64,000 nucleotides of DNA from Verrucomicrobiales bacterium (GTDB taxonomy: Bacteria > Verrucomicrobiota > Verrucomicrobiia > Verrucomicrobiales > V1-33): positions 64,001 to 128,000 of the forward strand of contig JANOAV010000087.1 of NCBI GenBank assembly GCA_031411295.1. Direction: 5' to 3'. A model generated the notes under the pieces. That model was not told the origin of the DNA, ran no database searches, and worked only from the letters and a program-made list of their open reading frames with translations. A program made the position numbers and the translations under genes. Positions within the stretch are counted from its first letter, which is position 1, and each line of letters starts with the position of its first letter. Shown here one piece after another: positions 41,601 to 48,841 of this stretch.

Positions 41601-42270
41601 ACACCAGTTTCAACATGCTCTTGCCACTCCGCGATATTGGGTGGAGGAGACGGAGGGCCGCTCCTGTGTTCTGGGCCGTGAACAGGACCTGAAGCAAGCG
41701 CTAGATTACCAGCGTTATCGTCTGTGCTTCAGAGACATTGCCCGCAACACGGATAATCGGACGCTAATAAGCACAGTAATCCCTCCCGGTAGATTTTGCG
41801 GAAATACGCTGATCAGTTCAACAAGTCCGCACGATGTTTCTACTTTGTTAGCAATTACTTCTCTTTTCACTAGTTTCACTATCGATTGGCTAATTCGGCA
41901 AAAAGTAACGGCTCATTGTAACATTTTTTACATGATGCAACTCCCCATCCCCCGCCTAACCGTCAAGGACAGCGCATTCCGCCCTCTGATGGAACGAGCC
42001 GCCCGGCTGGTCGGCACGACCGCCGAGTTTGATGCATTGCTCAAGGAAGTATTTGGCCCTAAGGCCACCCATAAGAGTCATGGCGTCAGTGATCCTATGG
42101 ACCGCCAAAAGCTCCGTGCGGAAATCGACGCTTTAGTGGCGCAACTCTACGGCCTAACAGAGTCGGAGTTCGCCCACATCCTAGGCACCTTTCCCCTGGT
42201 GGATGAGAGCATCAAAGTGCAAACTCGGAACACTTTCCGGGAGCTTGCACAATTCGGGAAATTTGCGTAA
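38653..42270 (+). CDS. Eco57I/type IIG-like N6-adenine DNA methyltransferase with C-terminal target-recognition domain
   Basis: PYLNGGLF, GAYYTRPEI, LDPACGSGAFL (motif I), ITNPPW (motif IV), TaqI-C-like FRDIARNTDNRTLI, EIDALVAQLYGL. Confidence 0.9.
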   Translation: MPVRKLNTINARKLLQSFRFADLFIEELGWLNAATSKVHRLTHEGTKWQAVEVSHLSGFRVFEVTPEVLNTPMPDAQTQMALWKQIVLQSIENIVIFTDQARTQSLWLWMKRDGKRTIARRHHFIKGQPGDLFLSRLAALTVDIAELDEHGNIPITDTAERVRSALDIEAVTKRFFKDFQEQHIAFLELIHGIKDDRQRRWYASVLLNRLMFIWFLQEKGFLDGGNRTYLRDKLAISQKQEKNKFFRQFLKDLFFEGFAKPPAKRECSSGIPLGTIPYLNGGLFLPHKLEDPTKHPKLDVPDEAFENVFALFARYSWSLDDTPGGKDDEINPDVLGYIFEKYINQKDFGAYYTRPEITEYLCEQTIHQLVLDAAHDYLGAKLSPASAAKVSATLKIDTSTRFESIADLLFRASGPLVGHLLHTVLPRMALLDPACGSGAFLVAALKTLLNLYTGLIGRAEALSHRPVLQAIEKERAKHKASLAYWVKRRIITDNLYGVDIMEEATEIAKLRLFLAMVASADTADKLEPLPNIEFNILPGNSLLGLLHVDPAAFDLSNGPRRQSALKLKTAPTHDELGMDVEISIAPTDKEKAAAYLASRHSSKYADLLREKNRRIELYKKAAADYEDLRSVRDSIEAIKSEARLVLDRLLLEQFQVQGIRFSQATWDEKKGTEGKPELRKLAISDLRTEEAKPFHWGYEFDEVLARGGFDAIITNPPWEIFKPQAKEFFDDHSEIVTKNSMRIEDFEKEKKKMLKDESIREAWLEYLSRFPHLSEWFRSAPQFANQISIVNGRKAGTDINLYKLFTEQCLNLLRPHGYCGIVIPSGIYTDLGAKQLRVMLMEQNRITGLFGFENRRAIFDGVHRSFKFIVLSCRRGGRTVSFPAAFMRLDPKELIGWPGPDALPLTPELIARLSPDTLSIMEFHSALDVEIAEKMLRYPVLGEAVPGAWKISFTAEFHMTNDSHLFHNSPGKSRMPVFEGKMIHQFQHALATPRYWVEETEGRSCVLGREQDLKQALDYQRYRLCFRDIARNTDNRTLISTVIPPGRFCGNTLISSTSPHDVSTLLAITSLFTSFTIDWLIRQKVTAHCNIFYMMQLPIPRLTVKDSAFRPLMERAARLVGTTAEFDALLKEVFGPKATHKSHGVSDPMDRQKLRAEIDALVAQLYGLTESEFAHILGTFPLVDESIKVQTRNTFRELAQFGKFA

Positions 42271-42282
42271 ACGCTGACAGCC

Positions 42283-43467
42283 ATGCTTCGTTCCATCCAG
42301 ATCAAAAACTTCAAAGCCATCGCAGACAGCGGGAAGATTCCACTGACTCCGTTGACTGTCTTCGTGGGGCATAATGGATCAGGAAAAAGCAGTGTGCTGG
42401 AAGCGCTGGAGTTCTTCCATCGCTACGTCATGGCCGGACTGGATGAGGCCGTGGCTCCGTGGTATGACTTCGAACATATTCTATGGCAGGGACATGACCG
42501 CTCCAAGCCGCGCGCGGGTTCGCCCTTCTACACCCATCCATTTGAGATCAATCTGCTGGGAAGATCCGCTGAAAACTGGCGGGCAGAGTTAAAGGTTGGA
42601 CGGTTAGCGATGGACACCTCAACTCAAAAAGCACGCACCCTGACAGTTGAGCGGGAGGGGTTTATCATGACACGGAGGGGGGCATGGCTGCGTCGGTTCG
42701 GCCAACAGCCACGTAGAGGATTTGCCGGGAAAGGGGAAGAAATGCACGACTTCCCGCTCGGAGTAGAAGAATCGTTATTTGATGGTCTCCCGCACGGAGT
42801 TGAGCGTTGGATGTTCCTCAGCCTGGACCCCTTGTCCATCGGCCAACCTCGGGTCCGTCGAGGGTCTGGTTATGAGATGCGACTGAATCGCAGCGGGGAG
42901 AATCTTTCTGCATTTCTCCTCAGCTTCATGGAAAAAGATCCTGATGGATTTAACTCCATGGTGGACAGCCTGCGCTTCATCCTACCTTACGTTGCAGACC
43001 TCAGACCTGAGGTGGTGCGTGACATGGTGGAGAGCCGCACGCTAATCCGGCTCACCGAAGGCTTCCCTGAGCGCCACGCGCATCTTCCTGGCTGGGTGCT
43101 CTCCGGCGGGACGCTGCGGCTGCTGGCCATCATTGCCGCCCTGCGCCATCCAGAAGCACCGGAAGTGCTGATGATTGAGGAATTAGAAAACGGATTGGAC
43201 CCCAGAGCCATCGGTTTCGTCGTAGAAGAAATCCGCTACGCCATCCAGGAGGAAGGTCGGCAGGTGCTAACCACGACCCATTCTCCCTATCTATTAGATA
43301 AACTGAGTCTGGAGCATATCGTAACTGTTGAGCGGGAAAGCGGTGGTCCTCCAGTGTTCCGCCGACCAAGCGAGGACGAACACTTGAGGCAGTGGGCAGA
43401 ACGCTTTGCCCCAGGTTCGCTTTACACAATGGGCCTCTACCGCAAGCGCACAGGAGGAGAGAAATGA
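42283..43467 (+). CDS. ABC-type/AAA_21 ATPase
   Basis: IKNFKAI, Walker A GHNGSGKS, signature LSGGTLR, Walker B IEELENGLDP, TTHSP. Confidence 0.9.
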   Translation: MLRSIQIKNFKAIADSGKIPLTPLTVFVGHNGSGKSSVLEALEFFHRYVMAGLDEAVAPWYDFEHILWQGHDRSKPRAGSPFYTHPFEINLLGRSAENWRAELKVGRLAMDTSTQKARTLTVEREGFIMTRRGAWLRRFGQQPRRGFAGKGEEMHDFPLGVEESLFDGLPHGVERWMFLSLDPLSIGQPRVRRGSGYEMRLNRSGENLSAFLLSFMEKDPDGFNSMVDSLRFILPYVADLRPEVVRDMVESRTLIRLTEGFPERHAHLPGWVLSGGTLRLLAIIAALRHPEAPEVLMIEELENGLDPRAIGFVVEEIRYAIQEEGRQVLTTTHSPYLLDKLSLEHIVTVERESGGPPVFRRPSEDEHLRQWAERFAPGSLYTMGLYRKRTGGEK

Positions 43468-44156
43468 GCAAACGACTCGGATTAGTATTGGAATGCGATG
43501 CTGGCGGACCGGACGAGCTAATTTTCAAATGTCTTTCGCGCAGGTTAAGCGCTCCGGACCATGAACCGGAGGTGATTCCAGTCTGCCTCGGCAGTAAAAA
43601 GGGCATCATGGAAGATGGCGTCAGCCGCGCAGAATCACTGGTCACAGTGGAGAAGTGCGACTTGGTGCTGGTGGTCTGGGACCTGAAACCCCTCTGGTCA
43701 CAGATCGACGCCAAGAGATGTGTCCATGAAGCTGATGACCTGCGTGCCAAATTGGCGAATCTGCCAGCGAACGTGCGCAAGAAAATCCGCCTGCTGTGCC
43801 TAACTTGGGAACTGGAAACCTGGCTCCTTGCCGAAGACCGCGCGATCCGTGAATACCTCTCCACCCCGGCCCATTCGTGTAATTTTACCACTCCATCAAG
43901 ACTGCACCAGATCAATGACCCGAAGTCCACCTTAAATAGGGCATTCACGGACTTCCGAGGAAAAAGTCGACGTTATGTTGACTGGCAGGAAGCAATCCAA
44001 CTTGTTCAGCTTTGGGCTGATAGCAAAAAGGTGCAAAAAGTCCCTTCCTTCGCTCGGTTCGCGAAATTGATAACTGATCAGGATACGCCAGAGTTTCGAC
44101 AATGCGGCGCGGTTTGTGCAAATCTTGTCCATCAAGCTGGCCGCATGGGAAAATAA
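43464..44156 (+). CDS. TOPRIM-like (DUF4276/RloB-type) partner of the ATPase
   Basis: ATGA overlap and AGGAGGA RBS; LGLVLEC...PDE, VLVVWD, ELETWLLAE, DPKSTL, VPSFARF. Confidence 0.7.
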   Translation: MSKRLGLVLECDAGGPDELIFKCLSRRLSAPDHEPEVIPVCLGSKKGIMEDGVSRAESLVTVEKCDLVLVVWDLKPLWSQIDAKRCVHEADDLRAKLANLPANVRKKIRLLCLTWELETWLLAEDRAIREYLSTPAHSCNFTTPSRLHQINDPKSTLNRAFTDFRGKSRRYVDWQEAIQLVQLWADSKKVQKVPSFARFAKLITDQDTPEFRQCGAVCANLVHQAGRMGK

Positions 44157-44175
44157 TAATCAACAAAATTCCACT

Positions 44176-44673
44176 ATGAGCCCCATTCTTCTACTAGGAC
44201 AACTTCTCACGACTACAGGCGAAATCTGTGGGCGCAAGAAGCTGCAGAAGATCGTGCATCTCTTGCAGACGTTAAAAGGCGTGCCTTTCGGCTACTCCTT
44301 CCAGTTCTCGTTCTTCGGACCGTATTCCGCAGACTTGAAGGCAGATGTGGGAGCGCTGACGGCGGAGGGTTTGCTCCTAGAACACCCAGAGACCACACCA
44401 CAGGGGAACAAGACTTATCGTTTCACGGCGGATCCACGGATGGCCCAACTGCTCTCAGATGTGTCTGCCCCCGCTCCAGACGGCTGGAACCAATTGGCCA
44501 CCAATCTTAATGCCCGATCCGCCGAGGAGCTGGAAGGCATCAGCACACTCCTGTTTCTGCAAAAAATGGGCTGGGCTGGTGAGGATCTGAAGGAGCAATT
44601 CGGGCTGCTAAAGCCCAGATTGAAAGACGGTTTTGCAAAATACGAAGTGGAACTGTCGAAGCTGGCAGCCTGA
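44176..44673 (+). CDS. YwgA-like winged-helix protein (DUF4065/Panacea-related)
   Basis: GRKKLQKIVHLLQ...YSFQFSFFGPYSADL...L...GLL, LEGISTLLFL. Confidence 0.65.
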   Translation: MSPILLLGQLLTTTGEICGRKKLQKIVHLLQTLKGVPFGYSFQFSFFGPYSADLKADVGALTAEGLLLEHPETTPQGNKTYRFTADPRMAQLLSDVSAPAPDGWNQLATNLNARSAEELEGISTLLFLQKMGWAGEDLKEQFGLLKPRLKDGFAKYEVELSKLAA

Positions 44674-44709
44674 TTCCGCACCACTGCGGATTCGCTAACT
44701 GAATGAGGG

Positions 44710-45498
44710 ATGAGCCCAGTTTATCGCAATGTCCATTTCCAAGCAGAACTCCCCCAGGGTGCGCTGCCAGAAAGTTTCGGTATCCTAACGGCATGGAATC
44801 CCCAAGGGCAGGCGGCTGAACCTGCAGTCAACCAGGCGGCTAACCTTGCCCTTCAGGAAACCCTACGAGCCAAGGGAAATCTTCATTTCCCCGTTACTGG
44901 TGGCTCGGCAGACGGGACCTATCAGGAAGTGGGATTCGGGATGGTTGCCAGCGAAATAGAGACCCTGGAGCTAGCCCGGCAATTCAATCAGGAAGCCATT
45001 TATTTCGTCCACCGCGGCCAAGTTAATCTCGTTTCCTGCGGCACAGATCCGCCGGAGCTCCTGGCACTTTGGCGGTTGATGGCACCGGGAGCCGCAGCTC
45101 ATCCGAATTTTCATTTCAAAGGCAATCTCAGCCTCATCACGCAATCCCCCCAGCCATTCCTGATTTCCTCCCGCTGCACCCCGCAGCAAGTCTTGGACTC
45201 CTACGCTTGGGCTCGCGCGCAGTGCGATGCTGGCACTACGATCATCAGCGGATTCCATTCCCCAGTAGAGCAGGACGTCTTCAACATCCTCCGCCGCCGT
45301 GGAGCGAACTTGATCTGGGTGCCCGGCCGGGATCTCCCCAAAGTGATCCCCCAACCCTATCAGGAACTCCTCCAGCAAAATCGCCTTCTCATAGCAACCC
45401 CCTTCGACTTCCAAAAACCCTCCCGCCCCACCAGAGATACCTGCCACAAACGCAACCAATGGATAGAAGCCCTCTGCCAAAGAGGCACGCTTTTCTAG
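44710..45498 (+). CDS. DUF3293-like domain fused to a DprA/SLOG-like Rossmann domain
   Basis: N-half ILTAWNPQG..N..AN..L...GGSADGTYQEVGF...LARQFNQEAIYF; C-half GNLSLI..SSRC..IISGFHSPVEQDV..L..RLLIATPF..RN. Confidence 0.65.
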   Translation: MSPVYRNVHFQAELPQGALPESFGILTAWNPQGQAAEPAVNQAANLALQETLRAKGNLHFPVTGGSADGTYQEVGFGMVASEIETLELARQFNQEAIYFVHRGQVNLVSCGTDPPELLALWRLMAPGAAAHPNFHFKGNLSLITQSPQPFLISSRCTPQQVLDSYAWARAQCDAGTTIISGFHSPVEQDVFNILRRRGANLIWVPGRDLPKVIPQPYQELLQQNRLLIATPFDFQKPSRPTRDTCHKRNQWIEALCQRGTLF

Positions 45499-45514
45499 CA
45501 GACTATCTATTTGA

Positions 45515-45849
<335 letters not shown>

Positions 45850-45869
45850 CCGCGCAATCTATCACGCAC

Positions 45870-45897
45870 ACGGGCGGCCTCGTAAGGGGCCGCCCGT
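45870..45897 (+). terminator. Variant of the rpoC downstream hairpin
   Basis: ACGGGCGGCCTC-GTAA-GGGGCCGCCCGT (GNRA loop kept, one G-U pair) followed by TTGTTG. Confidence 0.55.
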
Positions 45898-46062
45898 TTG
45901 TTGCCTACTACCTGCAATTCGAACGCCACAGCAGCGGAGTTGTGCCTGACGTGGTCCTCGATCACTGGCATTCGTTTCAGTTTTGGTGAGCCTGTTGTCG
46001 GCCCGGGTGGCCACCTACCGCTTGCGTTTCTTCAGTGGCCGGGACACTTAAGGGTCAACTTC

Positions 46063-46614
46063 ATGTCTGCTCCCCGCATCACCCCACTCAACGTTATCCT
46101 CATCGGCTTTATGGGCTGTGGGAAGACCACGATTGGCGTCCGTCTGGCAGGGCTGCTAGGGTTTGATTTTGTGGATACCGATACCCTCATTGTGGCCAAG
46201 GCGGGCAAGCCCATTCCAGAAATCTTTGCTGAACTGGGAGAGTCCGGATTTCGCGACATCGAGACCTCCGTGCTCGATGATTTGCTGGCTCAGGGCACCG
46301 AACGTCTCGTCATTTCCACCGGCGGTGGCATCGTGACCCAACCTGTAAACATCCCGAAACTCCAAGCTCTGGGCGCCATTCTGTGGCTCACCACCACCGC
46401 TGAGAACCTCTGGCAGCGCGTCAAACGGAACCGCGAACGCCCGATGCTACATACGCCGAATCCCCGGCAGACCTTCGACGAATTGCTCGCGTTGCGCCAG
46501 CCGATGTATCAAGCAGTGGCGGATTTGACCATTGATAGCCGGGGGCTCAGCCCTGAAGAAGCGGCCTACGGTATGGCTGAAAGCGTGCGCGTTTACTTTA
46601 CGCCCCGGGCATGA
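46063..46614 (+). CDS. aroK: Shikimate kinase
   Basis: LIGFMGCGKTTIG, FVDTD, GESGFRDIE, ISTGGGIV, RPML; start set at MSAPR. Confidence 0.93.
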   Translation: MSAPRITPLNVILIGFMGCGKTTIGVRLAGLLGFDFVDTDTLIVAKAGKPIPEIFAELGESGFRDIETSVLDDLLAQGTERLVISTGGGIVTQPVNIPKLQALGAILWLTTTAENLWQRVKRNRERPMLHTPNPRQTFDELLALRQPMYQAVADLTIDSRGLSPEEAAYGMAESVRVYFTPRA

Positions 46615-47360
46615 GCGCAACTCCGTGGAACATCCTCCGATTCGATGAGATTGGCAGCACCAGTGACGAAGCCCGCCGCTTGGCCCTGGAAGGGGCACCT
46701 CATGGCACGGTGGTAGTGGCTGAGAGCCAGACGGCCGGGCGGGGCCGTCGTGGCAGCGCTTGGGTCTCACCGGCCGGGCGGAACTTGCTGTGCTCCGTGC
46801 TCCTCCGCCCGGACTGGCCCATGGAAACCTGGCCGCGGCTGACTCATGTTGTCGCCCTGGCCATCACCGATGTGTTGGAGGCAGCACAAATCGCCCCGAA
46901 AATTAAGTGGCCTAACGACTTGTATCTCCATGGACGCAAATGCTGCGGCATTCTGTTGGAAACCGCGCGCAGCCCTCAGGGAATGTTCGTCGTCATCGGC
47001 TTCGGTCTCAACGTGAACCTAGCCGCCGATGAAATGCCAGCGGAGATCCTGACGATCGCAACCTCGTTGAGAATCGAAACCGAGCGCACGTGGGATCGCG
47101 AACGGTTGCTGCAATCCATCCTCCAACGACTGGCCAGCCGGGCGGAGCAAGCCGCGCAAGATTTCCCCGCCCTCATCCAAGCCATCAGCGCCCGAAGCCT
47201 CCTTCAGGGCCAGCGGGTGAGCCTCGTCAGCCAAGGCGAGGCACGCCACGGCACCGTGCTGGGGCTCACCGCGCAAGGGGGGCTGCATTTCCAGTCAGAT
47301 GAAGGGGTGCCAGAAGAAATTTTGTCGGCTGACCTCGTGCGCCTGCTTCCTGGGGGTTGA
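46611..47360 (+). CDS. birA: Biotin-protein ligase (no HTH domain)
   Basis: GSTSDEA, QTAGRGRRG..W.SP, IKWPNDLY..GRKCCGIL, GFGLNV. Confidence 0.92.
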   Translation: MSATPWNILRFDEIGSTSDEARRLALEGAPHGTVVVAESQTAGRGRRGSAWVSPAGRNLLCSVLLRPDWPMETWPRLTHVVALAITDVLEAAQIAPKIKWPNDLYLHGRKCCGILLETARSPQGMFVVIGFGLNVNLAADEMPAEILTIATSLRIETERTWDRERLLQSILQRLASRAEQAAQDFPALIQAISARSLLQGQRVSLVSQGEARHGTVLGLTAQGGLHFQSDEGVPEEILSADLVRLLPGG

Positions 47361-47504
47361 TCGTCGGTGGACGCGGAGAGATCCGGTAAATTCCCAGATT
47401 TGAGGAATTTTCTCGGAATTGAATGAATATAAATGAGTCCAGATTATTCTGAGTGCTGTAATTTTACTTGATTCCAATGGAGAATCATTGCAATACTAGT
47501 CATT

Positions 47505-48284
47505 ATGAGTGCACCTACAGATACAACCCAACCGCTCCAACTCGATGAAAATGGTTTTTACTTTCCTCCCCCCATCGTGGTGCAGGGAACCCCAGTGGGA
47601 GAATATTATCACGCCATGTTCCGTGGCTTAACCCACAAGCTCAATAACTTTTTGGCTGTCATCCAAGGATTTTCCAGCCTCATCCTGATGAGCGATGGTT
47701 TGGAGTCCTCGGTGAAGGAAAATTTGGATCACATGAAGGGAGCTGCTCAAGGCGCAGGAGCCTTGGCTGAGCGCCTCCTCGCCATCGGCGGCTGTGCCAA
47801 TCTGAATCTACAGTCCCTGAGCCTCCAGGCGTTCCTGCCATTGGTTGAAACGAACCTGCGCGTCCCTTTCACGAAGTTCAATGTGCCTCTGCAAATTAAC
47901 ATTGCCCCGAATCTCAGCCCCGTGCTGGTAGATAATGGCCGACTCAAGGAAATCCTCTGTGAGATCACGCTGAACGCCGCTGAAGCCGTCCATCTTTCCG
48001 GTAAGCCAGGCTCTGTTGGCATCGACGTGCTCCCACCGGGGCAAGTGGCGGGCAGCCGCCCGGGCTGCGTGGACATCTTCGTCCGCAACACCGGCCTCAC
48101 CATGCCGACCGAAAAATTCCGCGAATTCTTCCGTCCCTTCCATAGCACCAAAGACAGCAAGCACTATGGCATCGGTCTGGCCATCACCCAGATGCTGTGT
48201 GCGCAAATGGGCATTCGCTTTGGGCTTAAGAGCGATCAGGACACGACCACCATCTGGTTGAGCGTGCCCCAAGTTCAGGCCTAA
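47505..48284 (+). CDS. Sensor-less histidine kinase-like protein (HisKA + HATPase)
   Basis: H-box GLTHKLNNFLAVIQGF, N-box NAAEA, F-box FRPFHSTK, G2 GIGL; G1 degenerate (NTGLT). Confidence 0.8.
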   Translation: MSAPTDTTQPLQLDENGFYFPPPIVVQGTPVGEYYHAMFRGLTHKLNNFLAVIQGFSSLILMSDGLESSVKENLDHMKGAAQGAGALAERLLAIGGCANLNLQSLSLQAFLPLVETNLRVPFTKFNVPLQINIAPNLSPVLVDNGRLKEILCEITLNAAEAVHLSGKPGSVGIDVLPPGQVAGSRPGCVDIFVRNTGLTMPTEKFREFFRPFHSTKDSKHYGIGLAITQMLCAQMGIRFGLKSDQDTTTIWLSVPQVQA

Positions 48285-48298
48285 CTGGGGCCTGCCCC

Positions 48299-48841
48299 GT
48301 GCCGAAATCCCGCGCCATCCTGCTTCGCAAAATCCCGCTCACGGATACCAGCCTCATTGTGTCCTGGTGTTGCGGAGAATTGGGATTGATTAAGACGGCA
48401 GCCAAAGGCGCGCGTCGGCCCGGCAGTCCGTTGGCGGGCCAGTTGGATCTGTTTTACGAGGTGGAAATCGAGTTCATTACCGCCAAGCGTGGTGACCTCC
48501 ACACGCTGCGTGAGGCATCGGTCATCAACTATCGTCATGGACTTCAGGCCAGCTACCTGCGGGTGGTGGCCGCCTCCTATTTTGTGAAGTTAATCGAGCT
48601 GGTGGCCGAACCGGACACGCCCATTCCCGCCCTGCATCAGCTCTTGGAACGGGCTCTGAATTGGCTTTGCGATCATGAACCCAACCTCAAAGGAGTCCTC
48701 CATTTTGAAAAGGAGCTCGCCAAAGCGCTCGGCCTCTATTCAGATGACGATCCGGCACCGGCCATCCGTGCCATCCAGGAAATTTACCATCACGTGCCTG
48801 ACCAGCGCCTGCTCCTCCTGGAGAAGCTAGCAACTACTTAA
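48299..48841 (+). CDS. recO: DNA repair protein RecO
   Basis: AILLRK..LTDTSLIV...GLIKTAAKGARRP.S..AGQLDLF; FEKELAKALG. Confidence 0.85.
   Translation: MPKSRAILLRKIPLTDTSLIVSWCCGELGLIKTAAKGARRPGSPLAGQLDLFYEVEIEFITAKRGDLHTLREASVINYRHGLQASYLRVVAASYFVKLIELVAEPDTPIPALHQLLERALNWLCDHEPNLKGVLHFEKELAKALGLYSDDDPAPAIRAIQEIYHHVPDQRLLLLEKLATT

Noticed and set aside
35161..42270. Calling the cassette DISARM or BREX
   Set aside because: It shares domain types, but DrmA/DrmB (DUF1998) and BrxC/PglZ are not recognisable.
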